From the NCBI RefSeq assembly GCF_006345805.1, contig NC_043018.1, positions 12,214,001-12,278,000 on the forward strand: a stretch of 64,000 bases of DNA, in the 5' to 3' direction. Of this stretch, positions 41,601 to 50,234 are shown one piece after another. The notes beneath the pieces were generated by a model. The model was given only the letters and a program-made list of their open reading frames with translations. It was not told where the DNA came from and did not search any database. The position numbers and the translations under genes are program-made. This DNA comes from Octopus sinensis. Its lineage: Eukaryota. Every line of letters starts with the position of its first letter. The first letter of the stretch is position 1.

Positions 41601-42989
41601 ATCATCTCTTGCTGATAAACGTATCTAAGGTAAAAAGCAAAGAAGTTAGAAAATTGAAAGTAAAAAAACTATATCCCAGGGGAACTAATCACAGTCTGCA
41701 TCAACGAAAAATTTAGTAAAATTTTGCAAATTTGAACATGTTTGTATGTGATGGGCAGACAAGAGTTTTAAGATAAGCCTTTCATCAAAGACAGAAAAGA
41801 CAGATTTTCTCTCCAAACAAAAGATTAGCTGGAATTTTCAATGCTCACATTCTGTCTCAGTATATAAACTTAACCAAATTTGAAAACTTTGGAAATATCT
41901 ATGAGAATGTCTTCATCTGTACTACTCATGAGTAATTGACAGATAATTTGCCATTTAATGAAAAGAATACACAAAATGTAGAAATATAACTGCATTTTAA
42001 ACTATCTGAGACGTCTTGCATTCAAACTTCACTAACGACCCTAAACAGAGATGAAACCTTGACATTAGAGTCTAAATTGAAAATAGAATGCACACAAATG
42101 AACACCATGACAAGATCAAAGATCAAGATGAAAATCACACACATCAATAGCCTTAATAAGGTTAAATACTACCACAACAAGGTCAAAGTTTAATGTCTTA
42201 CTAAAGTTGAAACCAATCATATTTCTCACCTGGGAGTTATTGGAGAGTTATCAGCATCCCAAAAGCCAGATTTGAAGCTGTCACTATCAATGCTTTTGTC
42301 TTCTTCTTCACACACACTCAATGATGGACTTGCTGAGGAGGGGGGAAACATTAATAGATTGCTTAATTATTAATTCACATTTGTTTCATGATAATTTATG
42401 GTATTGTGCTGTTGTTTCTGACGAAAAATTGCATCAGATTTATTCTGCATTATTTTACTTTTAAAATTAAGAAATACAAGGAAATACAAAATAAAAAAAA
42501 AACAGAATTAAAGGGGAAATTATGAAACATTAAAAACAATGCTTAAATGCCTCAGGTAAGAACAAGATTACAACTTTGTGTGACCATCACTGATATAAAA
42601 GTGCTGTAGCATGGTCTTAAACCTGATAGCTAAAATAAAGCGAAGAACTAATTAACTTCACTTTTACTGAGGAGAAATACTTCAATATTTAAATTAACAC
42701 TACATATTGATCTGTTTGATCTTCCTTCATTGTCAAATGAGTGATTTAATCTGTCACCCGGTCATCAGGTCCTTGGGTGCAAGCATTTGAAAATACCTTT
42801 CTCTCCTCAACCAGATTTACAGGCCCTGAGGAAGGGCTGGGGGCACTGCCCTTCCTCCTGTTAAAGTTGAAGAAAAAGGTTTTAAATTCTTGAATGCTTC
42901 AAACAAGATTCTTAGATGTTACAGACAAGACTCAAACAAGGAACCAAGTATATAATAACAATCCAAGGATTGTTATTATTACTACTACT

Positions 42990-43043
<54 letters not shown>

Positions 43044-46000
43044 GACAGGTTTCTTTCAGTTTCTGTCTCCTAAATGCACTCACACAGCTGTGGTTAGCCG
43101 AGACCTACAGAAGATGCTTGGCCAAGGTGCCACTCAATGGTACTCCAGAACCATGTGGTTGGGAAGCAAACTTCATACCACTCAGCCATGCCTGACCATT
43201 CTAAAGTCCCCTAAAATTAATCATTTTTTTTTATCTTTGATGCTTACTACGAAGTCAACTTGATATTTTTTTTTGTTTGTAAAGTAACTTACAACTTCCA
43301 GATTGTTCTCCAGATTTTGAACCTTCAATGTTTGACAATAATCTGTTTTTTGTGGGAGTCTTTGTGTTAAACGCTGTGAGTATATTATCAACAAATATTT
43401 TGCACTCTTCTCTGTCCACCCAGTTATGTTCACCGAGGGAGTCTTCCACATAAACCTGAACAGGGAGAAAAAAAAATAAAAATAAATTTAGTGAAAAATG
43501 AGTAAATCTGAGAAGTTAAGATTTTCTTTTAAAGATTTTTTTTTTTTCCGTTTTTGATAAAATGCTATTTGAGTAGTATAGTCTGAGCATTTAGAAAATG
43601 TGATGTGCCTCAACTGGTGTAGATAAACCACTATTTTATTTAGAGAGAAAAACAAAGCATGGAAAAAAATAGAAGTTACGATTTTCAGACAGAAGGATTT
43701 CATTTTTGACACTGTTTGTGAAGGGTCAAAATGAAACTAACTAGGCACATGATAGCCTCTATCTGTACCCTTGACTTGCTAGAAATAGCAATCAAATCTT
43801 CTTCAAATCACACCCTAACATTTTAAAAAATGAAGGACTCATTGGGCAATGAAGTCGTAGACATGAAAATACTAAATGACCACAGCTGAGTGTCTTTGAT
43901 CCTAAGTCTGCATGGCCAGGACTCAGCAACAACAATAACTGATTGGCAATTGACATCGTGAGTCTAGACATTCATCACTAAAGCTTGATAAAACAGTAGT
44001 GAAATGCAGCTGACCAATGTCAGCTATTTTCTGCCAATGTCCCGGTCAACAATAATTTGGTGTATTCGTCTGGACATAGTGAGGTGAAAAATCAATGCTA
44101 CAGAATGAACCATTGAGGCTTTAGCCGGAAGGCCGACACATCATCATCATTGGTCAAAGGTTAGCATATCATAAACTCATCAAGTTATATCACTACCATT
44201 ATAGGAGTGGTCTTCACCTCACCAAACTGTATGTCATCAATGTTGTGGGAGGTCAGTACTTCACTGACCCACCCAGCAGCAGCAGTCACCACCGCCACCA
44301 CCAAACAGTTGTTTCAAGACAATTTAGTTGATTATATTGACACCAGTGCTTTGTTAAGATTTTATAAACCGTCAGAGGTTTACGAAGGCAAAGCTGACCT
44401 GAGTGGAACTGAAATTCAGAATACAGAGAGACATTACCAAATTTTAGAAGATATCTTCTCAGAAGCTCTCTACCAATGCTGCCACCATTATACTATCTGC
44501 TTTTCCATGCTGGGATGGATAGATAAGTGTGCAATACAACGTATTGTCACCCCTCTCGACTGAGCTACCAAGGGAGACATGACATGCTAGAAATAGCAGC
44601 TAAATCTCCTCTAAAAATTACAGCTTAACATCTTTAAAAAAAAAGGGATACTGGGGTAACATAATTCAAGGTATACTACAGCTGAAAAGAAATTGAGATA
44701 ACCATGGCTGGAATAGATTTTGAGCACCAGTCCATTTGGTCAGGGAATAACAAAAGGACTAAACAACAATAATTCCTTTTCCTCTCAATTTTGTAGAATC
44801 TTATCTGGATAATCCAACATCCTCAGTGATTTGACCCAACCACTGCCATAAGTTAAAAAGACTGCCAAAAAATAAATGTTCACAGTCGGAATGTCGGGCC
44901 CACTTTACCTTGACAAAATCATCTGGCCAGTTGTCATCTTCGCTGTAAGCTGCCATCAAAATATTACATGCAAGAACTGAAACCAACGGATTGCCTTTTG
45001 CTTTGAAATTGATGGACACATCACGCTTTAACAAACTGCAGAAAGCCTGAAGATATAAATAAATACAAAAATGAACGTGTAATTTTTCTTTGGGTGTTTT
45101 TTTTCTTTGTTTTTGAAGAAAAAAATTGAAGAGAAAAATACAGAAGACTTTCAACTAAATTCCATCATTCTGTTAACTCACCTCTGTCACAAGTTCACTG
45201 AGAAAGATACTTGGTTTTGCTCTGACCAGGAATATTAAGCTGAGGTAGAGGCATGGATCTGGTTTGGATCGGTTAGCACGGAGAGATTTAACTGCACCAC
45301 AGAGTAGTCCATCCACCCTCTCCATATCACTATCAAAAGCATCTTGAACTTCTGTGAGAAAGTCAGCAGCATCCACTGAAACCAAAGATGAATGTTACAA
45401 AGAATTAAATTAGGCCAAAAGGTTGGTCATAACTACTGCTTGTCACCATCAGCGTCTTCATCGTTTTCTACAGAAATTTTCAGCTCACAGCTAGCATCAC
45501 CATACAGGAGCCTCTATATAGGCACTCAACATACTAGAAACAACAACTAAATCTCCCTCAGCACAAACTTTACTATCTATATCTATAAAATTCACTGTGT
45601 GTGTGTGAGTGTTTCTTCTATGCATGGCCAAACTGCTGGATCAATCTGTACCAAATTTGGCATGAAGGTTTTTCATTACATGACAACACACGTCTTCAAT
45701 CACTCTCTCTCTCTCTCACATACACACACCCGTACAAAAAAAGATGTAGGTATATGTATTTATGTATGTACATGTATATGAAAGATAGTGTGTGAGAGAG
45801 AGAGTGTGTGCCACTTACACATACATGCAATAAATATACATGACAACACACTTCCATTTCATATACATAAACATACATCTTTCACATCAAAGCAAATGTC
45901 GCCTTCCAAACAGCGTAAAGAAATAAAATACTTTTACGGAAATTCACGAACAATCATATGATCCCATATGATCGAGTTTGGCAACTTACACTGTTTGTGA

Positions 46001-47783
46001 CAAAAGAATACCCCCTCCATAAAGGTCTAAAGGTCGTACATGTACATATTAGACATTGGAAAGGGTTACAGGCGATATCACGCACCCTACACGAGCCAAG
46101 CTAACTTAATTTCTCTTGCAAAAGAGAGGGTGGCATTTTCCTCTCTTTTTCAACATTTAATTACAAGAGAGAATATGGTGTTACCAAAAATGTTAAAACT
46201 TTACTGACTTCATCGATCTGTCACTGAACCAGGATTTTAATTTCATTTGATACACACTTTCCTATCATTTGTATGGATAATTGCAACAGCAACACATGTT
46301 ACCCCGTGGTGGGATGGTACCAAGTGTCAATGATCTCAAAATGCATGTTTCAAAACATTGCACAAAACTTTAGCAACAGTCAACTGCTCCATGAGAGAGC
46401 CATCTTAGCTCCATGTAATGATGCTGTCAACAAAATCAGTTGGGATCTCTTGCAGCTGTTGACAGGACAAAGAACAGAATTTCAAATCCATCGACATTGT
46501 CATTGAGCAGGACCAAGCTGTAGCTTTTCCAACTGAGTTCCTGAACTCTTTACAGCCATCTGGGATGCCACCACACAACACTTAAAAAGGGGGGCCCCAA
46601 TCATGCTGCTCAGGAACTTGGATCCACCTTGTCTGTGCAATGGCACCAGACTGGTGGCGAAAGCAATGCAACCCCATATCCTAGAAACAGCAATTATCAC
46701 CGGAAAATCTAAGGGTGAGGATGTCTTCATTCCACGGATCCCGTTAATCCCATCTGACCTCCCCTTTGAATTTAAACAGCTCCAGTTCCCAATGAAACTA
46801 AGTTTTGCTATGTTGATAAACAAATCTCAAGGTTGTTGGACTTAACCTTGTTTCTCCTTGCTTCTCTCATGGGCAATTATATGTAGGATATTCACGAGTT
46901 GGAAGTCCCAAAACACTTTTTAGTTGGACCCCAATTACAGGACACACTGAAAACATTGTATATTTAGAAGTTCTACAAAACTAAACTGTGATTTCAGGAT
47001 TTGTTTTAATAACTGTTTCTACCCATGTCATCTGATAGAATTTATTCTGAAAATATATTTTTTGATCAGAATAAATATATTTATTTCATTTAACATTCTT
47101 TCAACTTCTGAGCAATGCATGGAAGATGGACGTTAAACAACGCTGATGATGACAATGAAAGAGGAAAAGGAAATGTCTAAAAGGTACTGACCTTCAATGG
47201 CAGATTCTTCATATAATGGCACTTGGACAATGGAAGAAGTTTTTTTATCCAAATCTGAAGGGCGTCCAAGAGGTGTGAAAGTAGCACCAAGGAGTTTTGG
47301 TTTTTTAGCCAGGCTAACTGGCACCGCTGGACCAGGTTCACGCTTCCGGTCTGGATTTGACAAGCTTGATTTCTTTCCAGCACTGCTGGAACACACCCTG
47401 AGCTCAGTTTCCGATGAAGACTTGCTCTGCTTACCTAAAGCTATGAAATCTCCTGGTGGAGGGAGGGCTGCAAATAGATAAATAAAATGTTTGTCATTTA
47501 ATAAACAATGATATTTTGTAAAAGAATGTCATATATATATATATAATATATGGTTTTCAATGTCTGTGTATGCAACATAACCTGTATTATTGTGATCACC
47601 TTGGGAAAGAATTTTTCTTAGATAACACTAATTGGCTGATAACATGCAGAAAATATAGTAATATACAGAACTTAAGCATTTCCCACATCTCTTCTCTCTA
47701 CCTACCCCTTACCCCAAGAACCATTCTTCCTCAATACATATTACTTTTTAGCACCCCCTCATGCATGCATTCATATATGTATG

Positions 47784-47830
<47 letters not shown>

Positions 47831-49092
47831 ACACACACACACACACATACATACACATGAGGGGGGGGTGCTGAAAAGTTCATGGCTTTAGAGGTATCGT
47901 GAAAGACCTGGCTGGAGGCAGAACCTTCCAAGTTCTTTAACAGGGCTTAGAAAAACTGAAAGACCACTGCAATAAGTGTGTGGATCCGAAAGAATTTGTT
48001 GAATAAAATCAACAGATTTTCAGATATATAATAAGACATTAAAAGGATTTGAAAAAGAAAAGTAAATATTGTTTCTAAGGGGGTAACACAGTATATCTGT
48101 AATAATAATATTAATAATTGAATTAAACACTGAAAAAAATCTGAACGAATTGTCATGAGGATTAGAAGAAAAAAGAAGCAATCTAAAACCACCACAGGAG
48201 TAGAATAGAGAAGCCAGTCTAAACTATTTAAAATTTATATGGAAAATTTTATATGAAGAATACATAAGCCTCCTCTCTCACACACACACACTGTTTCTCA
48301 CCCCCTATCAACACATACACACGTCCATTTCCTCTGTCATTTTATGCTGCCTTTAAAGAAAATGTACATTTCCAGCCTCAAAAATAAATTTAAAAATTTT
48401 ACGAAATTTACCTAACGCTGTATTTTAATTTATGACTTTTCCGTGGTTATATCGAAGGACTGCCATCGCTGGCAATCTTTCTGTGGGGGACAGAGACCGT
48501 AAAATATTAAAAGTAGGAATTAGAATAGCAAAAGACGAAAGAAAATAGAAAACCCTGTTCTTTCATTCATATATCAAGGCGCGCGCATGCATCGCACTTG
48601 CCGTGCAATGTGTAATATTAAATATAAAAATGCATGTCAACTTCCACAGCAATACAAAATCACATGTGGACTCATGTTTACATGTATAACTATAAATATG
48701 GAAGTAATAACTGCAAGTATCAATAAAGCAGAATGAAAGAGTCCCCTCGAATATTCTGCGATAAAGTTGATGATAAGATTTTAACATTCGGAGCTTGAGA
48801 CATTCGTTGTCATAAAAAGAAGAGCTTTTTGAAGCTTACAAGTTGAAATGTCTGCAATATGCGACCCTAACACTTTGGTTTATGAACGATAGTTTGACAC
48901 CCATTAAATGTTGGGAACTCATTAGGATAGGGACGGAGGGGGGGGAGGGAATAGTGGAAACCACAGAAACGAATAAAGTTATGTGTGTATATATTGCAGA
49001 TTTCAAGATAAGTGTCGCAGAAAAACAAACGGAATGAAGAATTTCGGGAGAATACCTTTGCTTTTGCCCCTTTTGCCGCTGCCGGGCTTCAT
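526..49092 (-). CDS. INTS1: Integrator complex subunit 1, spliced CDS of 32 exons in window, 3' part beyond window start
   Basis: Manual exon assembly gives a 1415-codon open frame with GT-AG introns and consistent phases. Peptides match INTS1 as I recall it: PPPGDFIALG, SINFKAKGNPLVSVLACN, LEMWLQNPKL, NELSSARNPNNM, WWLHTVVPS, LCRSRNPDFLLDIIQRQ, SMPWLAELVES, LLLPDWLKLRMIRS, FVQSFGIPVSSM. Confidence 0.95.
2285..2338 (-). CDS. INTS1: INTS1 exon 31
   Basis: cttcag acceptor; SLTSSNEVALNITKALSL; donor TTG|GTAAGT. Confidence 0.72.
3538..3899 (+). mobile_element. Non-autonomous Helitron
   Basis: A|TC..TCTATATATAAAA 5' end, (GT)-rich subterminal segment, 3' hairpin ending (C>A)TAG|T. Confidence 0.7.
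3918..4078 (-). mobile_element. SINE family B, head half (tRNA-like head plus CORE-like domain)
   Basis: Reverse complement of head ...gcttgcttcccaaccacgtacttccgggttcaatctcactgcgtggtaccttggacaactgtcttct. Other partial copies at ~9139-9290, 22620-22720, 43045-43190. Confidence 0.75.
4338..4403 (-). CDS. INTS1: INTS1 exon 30
   Basis: ttttag acceptor; LFVSSPVNSNSLAAGQYQKILK; donor AAG|GTAATC; weak homology. Confidence 0.7.
5323..5438 (-). CDS. INTS1: INTS1 exon 29 (divergent linker)
   Basis: Polypyrimidine tract then cag acceptor; EDFAMDYEESKSSEWTPPPKTGQVTLSTEIKDMVTYLQQ; phase 1 to 0 bridges exons 28 and 30; weak homology. Confidence 0.75.
6040..6960 (+). mobile_element. Degenerate RTE-clade LINE reverse transcriptase
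   Basis: Frameshifted FGFVPGR..DAIF, VHQGSVLSP.LFIIVLQAI and YAD(D)L-like motifs. Confidence 0.75.
7355..7609 (-). CDS. INTS1: INTS1 exon 28
   Basis: LQDLDPAQLFLFVQSFGIPVSSMTKLLKYLDHAV...QHTRGAEGGHVF...NEE; donor G|GTCAGT. Confidence 0.95.
7926..8087 (-). CDS. INTS1: INTS1 exon 27
   Basis: GETYYEELLKIWFPEEGSPPNAFLLDTSEEALLLPDWLKLRMIRSSIERLIDA; donor G|GTAAGT. Confidence 0.95.
8479..8590 (-). CDS. INTS1: INTS1 exon 26
   Basis: SNTQDQIILQWESGDSATMLVLVVHAMIILLTYGPPK; donor G|GTATAG. Confidence 0.93.
9830..9994 (-). CDS. INTS1: INTS1 exon 25
   Basis: EVAQLIVERTTVMSHVVPP...LSLYTKYIRRAKEPDKEAYDW; donor GTAAGA. Confidence 0.92.
10741..10845 (-). CDS. INTS1: INTS1 exon 24
   Basis: ACRVETDPTLVSAYVIFLDRHVKDVSLQNLDDLAF; donor GTAAGT. 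Confidence 0.92.
11587..11769 (-). CDS. INTS1: INTS1 exon 23
   Basis: GLSLVVSMSH...HKWLLLYLPSLPLFDSLRTQACYAIRK; donor AAG|GTAAGT. Confidence 0.92.
12540..12689 (-). CDS. INTS1: INTS1 exon 22
   Basis: KMKKQEQLLAKLQMLV...FEVMDYFFKRLSSSQASSRSLAIK; donor AAG|GTAGGT. Confidence 0.93.
12900..13835 (+). mobile_element. Mariner (DD34D-type) transposase pseudogene with right TIR
   Basis: GFHKVCARW, RIVTGDEMWVHHY, KVLLTLFWDSKG, LLHDDACPH, EHPAYSLDLGPSDYH; stops and frameshifts; ends ...ttactttccctcatg|TA. Confidence 0.9.
13904..14056. mobile_element. Tc1/mariner MITE, 153 bp
   Basis: 26-bp TIRs (T/C)AGTTGTGGCCAAAAGTTTGGAACAT, 1 mismatch, flanked by TA. Confidence 0.9.
14218..14382 (-). CDS. INTS1: INTS1 exon 21
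   Basis: GTTQSMPWLAELVESNEGSLDVLPVQCLCEFLLHD...KQKKR; donor GTCAGT. Confidence 0.95.
16359..16488 (-). CDS. INTS1: INTS1 exon 20
   Basis: GSLRKPPSTVIEQLVTLNQNLKIGQRLCRSRNPDFLLDIIQRQ; donor CAG|GTAAAT. Confidence 0.95.
18024..18148 (-). CDS. INTS1: INTS1 exon 19
   Basis: LYEKEKHEILEFESHLAAATSKITITESNSLLLSQLTTMD; donor GTAAGT. Confidence 0.93.
20354..20429 (-). CDS. INTS1: INTS1 exon 18
   Basis: NYKFPPPTTATEEKHIEEIKNHEKQ; donor CAG|GTATGT. Confidence 0.88.
20945..21165 (+). mobile_element. SINE family A (tRNA-like head, GCCTTTCATCCTTTCGGGGTCGATAAA domain)
   Basis: A-box/B-box-like TGGCAGAATCGTTAG / GTTCAAATTCC. Copies at 27089-27324(-, 20-bp TSD TCTGTGTGTCTTCACACTGA), 30347-30562(+), 49968-50234(+), 63110-63545(+, dimeric), partial 8200-8330. 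Confidence 0.85.
21630..22030 (-). mobile_element. RTE LINE 3' fragment
   Basis: QERRLHWYVHVARMDEDSCVKKC...GRGRPRKTWDEVVKHDL. Confidence 0.85.
22515..22575 (-). CDS. INTS1: INTS1 exon 17
   Basis: QTAWENYPILKCLMEMAMT; donor AA|GTAAGT. Confidence 0.92.
22740..23456 (-). mobile_element. Gypsy LTR retrotransposon pol fragment (RNase H end to integrase)
   Basis: RHLDLISQFSTDIQH...ADALS; HIDLVRPWPVSHGFSYILTCIDGFS; same family as 51140-53523. Confidence 0.85.
23620..23711 (-). CDS. INTS1: INTS1 exon 16
   Basis: YTPPTLAISALYWKAWNMLLIIVAFNPSTFG; donor G|GTGAGT. Confidence 0.93.
23792..24224 (+). mobile_element. SINE family B, full length with internal (TA)n
   Basis: tRNA-like head, GGCACCTTGGGCAAGTGTC CORE-like motif, microsatellite, second domain, tail ...ggccacagtcaaatgactgaaac. 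Full copies also at 29116-29495(-), 35183-35563(+), 61870-62251(-). Confidence 0.85.
25493..25710 (-). mobile_element. SINE family F fragment
   Basis: Aligns by eye with 32070-32390, which retains a minus-strand tRNA-like head. Confidence 0.7.
25710..25875 (+). mobile_element. LTR retrotransposon gag N-terminal fragment
   Basis: FLESFPAEPPTTDESKLRCLIEHTYKDVYELISECENYLEAIQTLERLYAKP resembles Gypsy gag starts. Confidence 0.6.
26025..26121 (-). CDS. INTS1: INTS1 exon 15
   Basis: VEVLRVTRLEFVDALMNLCAYRHPENIVLPKG; donor GG|GTGAGA. Confidence 0.93.
27749..27906 (-). CDS. INTS1: INTS1 exon 14
   Basis: LMLRIASEVPVLEDTLMRVLVIGLSRELSLSSADAVELADQLIKRAA; donor G|GTAGGA. Confidence 0.95.
28716..29073. 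mobile_element. Tc1/mariner-like MITE with ~88-bp imperfect TIRs
   Basis: TA|CAGGGTGATTCGAAAG...; 28716-28803 is reverse complement of 28984-29073 at roughly 80% by eye. Confidence 0.75.
29613..29690 (-). CDS. INTS1: INTS1 exon 13
   Basis: LHKVLFMESTEHYHNKDNWPLESDR; donor GC|GTAAGT. Confidence 0.92.
30950..31780 (-). mobile_element. Degenerate RTE LINE RT fragment
   Basis: Reverse complement has MQFGFVPG-like motif and GVHQG.ILNP motif. Confidence 0.7.
32070..32390 (-). mobile_element. SINE family F
   Basis: Minus head tggctcaatgattagagc...gagttcaattcccgaacc followed by CORE-like segment. Confidence 0.75.
32904..33024 (-). CDS. INTS1: INTS1 exon 12
   Basis: LEILHQYQQQVTLIQRDSVWWLHTVVPSIVEMKPHEYVHC; AG/GT borders. 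Confidence 0.93.
33180..33600 (+). mobile_element. Degenerate RTE LINE RT fragment
   Basis: VHQGS..SPLLFII, ITEEFETRCPWEHLYADD. Confidence 0.75.
34688..34910 (+). mobile_element. Chimeric SINE: family B head joined to family C tail
   Basis: B head to ...ctatagcctcggg, then gttaggcatggcatccaacc...acattgatgatgac. Confidence 0.7.
34936..35044 (-). CDS. INTS1: INTS1 exon 11
   Basis: ERYVLAITDLITLTILVGITPSVREAFGNLARGDRK; donor G|GTTAGT. Confidence 0.92.
35771..37016 (+). mobile_element. Tc1/mariner superfamily DD37D (maT-type) transposon, degenerate
   Basis: TA|CAGGGTGTCCCGAAAATAAGGCAGCC left TIR; partial right TIR ~36998-37016; VFTDEKKF, MVWAAVT, QQD-x37-D in NPLDFSV; frameshifted. Confidence 0.85.
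37285..37850 (+). mobile_element. Internally deleted mariner with both TIRs
   Basis: TIRs TTGGGCTGTCCGGAAAGTTCGTGCCAATTT / rc TGAGGTTGTCCGGAAAGTTTGTGCCGATTT, TA flanks; MEDKKVHFRH start abutting HPPYSPDIAPSDFHLF...WRCIVQQNGSY C-terminus. Confidence 0.9.
37986..38168 (-). CDS. INTS1: INTS1 exon 10
   Basis: ILAEIFQDLLVNKEDYLRALRALFREIVRSLRHDLNFVAFCLGLMQ...QAFK; donor GTAAGT. Confidence 0.95.
38760..38901 (-). CDS. INTS1: INTS1 exon 9
   Basis: ELLSQNSENLRMILTQTIYNELSSARNPNNMALLGVICQSSPETSAR; donor GTAAGT. Confidence 0.93.
40043..40188 (-). CDS. INTS1: INTS1 exon 8
   Basis: LSRSAQDLLLSVCLNC...IRLKTKPLINHYLSSLR; donor CG|GTAAGA. Confidence 0.93.
40580..41075 (-). mobile_element. RTE LINE 3' remnant
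   Basis: Similar to 21630-22030 (catgctacatggtagtgaaac motif on minus strand). Confidence 0.6.
41085..41345 (+). mobile_element. SINE family E
   Basis: B-box-like ggtttcaattcccagac; shares tttattgagcaaaaa..cctaaa..gctccatgaggctc with 61486-61847. Confidence 0.7.
41438..41624 (-). CDS. INTS1: INTS1 exon 7
   Basis: YVYQQEMIESDVLEIVREQLNKRQP...RLEMWLQNPK; AG/GT borders. Confidence 0.95.
42230..42332 (-). CDS. INTS1: INTS1 exon 6
   Basis: cctcag acceptor; SSPSLSVCEEEDK...SPITPR; donor AG|GTGAGA; phase 1 to 2 fits neighbours. Confidence 0.85.
43293..43455 (-). CDS. INTS1: INTS1 exon 5
   Basis: VYVEDSLGEHNWVDREECKIFVDNILTAFNTKTP...; donor T|GTAAGT. Confidence 0.93.
44909..45046 (-). CDS. INTS1: INTS1 exon 4
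   Basis: AFCSLLKRDVSINFKAKGNPLVSVLACNILMAAYSEDDNWPDDFVK; AG/GT borders. Confidence 0.95.
45182..45375 (-). CDS. INTS1: INTS1 exon 3
   Basis: ttcag acceptor; DAADFLTEVQ...GLLCGAVKSLRANRSKPDPCLYLSL...LVTE; donor GTGAGT. Confidence 0.93.
45576..46984 (+). mobile_element. Helitron remnant with Pif1-family helicase C-terminus (INTS1 intron 2)
   Basis: A|TCTATATCTATAAAA 5' end; RAILAPCN, FPTEFLNSL.PSGMPPH, IMLLRNLDPPCLCNGTRL, FIPRIPLIPSDLPFEFKQLQFP.KLSFAM.INKSQG, SHGQLYV; frameshifts. Confidence 0.9.
47192..47467 (-). CDS. INTS1: INTS1 exon 2
   Basis: tttgcag acceptor; LPPPGDFIALGKQ...EESAIE; donor G|GTCAGT. Confidence 0.9.
47856..48010 (+). mobile_element. Mariner MITE fragment
   Basis: TIR-like catgaggggggggtgctgaaaagttc followed by transposase C-terminal LEKLKDHCNKCV remnant. 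Confidence 0.6.
49056..49092 (-). CDS. INTS1: INTS1 exon 1 (start codon; MKPGSGKRGKSK)
   Basis: ATG at 49092-49090; donor G|GTATT; phase 1 joins exon 2 to give ...KSKALPPPGDFIALG. Confidence 0.75.
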
Positions 49093-49429
49093 TGTCTGTT
49101 ATTAAAGTTATTTTCACAAGAAGAAACAAAAAAACTACTTGCTATATATGTATAATATATATATATATATATATACGGAGGGAGAAAGAGAGAAGGAAAG
49201 AGATTAAATAATTAATGCTGCATCAACAATTCTGTGTTTAAGGAAGAAATCGATTTTTCCGACTTTTGAAACATTTTCCAGAATTGGATCAAATGAGAAA
49301 TAAGAGTTTCCTTCTAAGGGACATAACTCTTGTCACGGCTAAACACCGGTGAAGCACCAAAATAGTTGAACACCAAAATCTAATGTCGGAATTTAATTTC
49401 AGTATTTGGAAATAATTTAATTGTTGCTC

Positions 49430-49920
49430 TTGTTTAGCCGGAAGTTAAAGTAAACGTTAACCATTTTGGGCGTAACTTCGGTATACGTACCGGAAGTACC
49501 AGATACATTTCAAGAAAGTGTTTTTTTTTTTATATATATGGAGGGGTTAGGGTTAGGGTTAGGATTAGGGGCGGGAGAAAAGGGTTTCTGTTATCTTCAG
49601 AAGTGTAAACAAAGGCACTTCCGGTACAAAGGTACCTATACCGAAGGATTGAACAAGCTATGATCAAAAACGTTCTGTCCGTGACTTTCTATTTACCCCC
49701 GTATGAAGTCTATAGGATTTACATTAAGACCGTGGACCGTACATATTTGATCGACTACGCTGAGGTTATCTCGTGTATTTCCAAGTTTATTGTTGTGGTT
49801 AACATGCAGTTTGCAGTCATAAATCAGGGAAAGTAAATTGTCTTCAAAAAATGAAATTATATTGCGATAGAAATCGGAAGTGACAACTGTGACTCGCCGT
49901 CATTTTGTGTAAACAATGAA
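49430..49920 (-). promoter_or_regulatory. Probable INTS1 promoter/TSS region
   Basis: CpG-enriched island 0.35-0.8 kb upstream of the ATG. CCGGAAGT ETS motifs at 49438 and 49490, ACTTCCGG at 49617, CGGAAGTG near 49876; YY1-like CAAAATGG/CAAAATGACGGCG on the minus strand. Confidence 0.6.
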
Positions 49921-50234
49921 TGTGACAGACTCAATATTTATAATTATGTATATTTAATAACGAATGAAGGCGGCGAACTGGCAGAATCGTTAGCACACCG
50001 GGAGAAACGCTACGCGGTATTTCGTCTGCTGCTACGTTCTGAGTTCAAATTCCGCCGAGGTCGACTTTAGCTTTCATCCTTTGGACGTCGATAAATTAAG
50101 TACCAGTTACGCACTGGGGTCGATGTAATCGACTTAATACCTATGTCTGTCCTTGTTTGTCCCCTCTGTGTTTAGCCCCTTGTGGGTAGTAAAGAAATAG
50201 GTATTTCGTCTGCTGCTACGTTCTGAGTTCAAAT

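Noticed and set aside
526-49092. U12-type or non-canonical introns
   Set aside because: All 31 introns are GT-AG and none has the GTATCCTT U12 donor.
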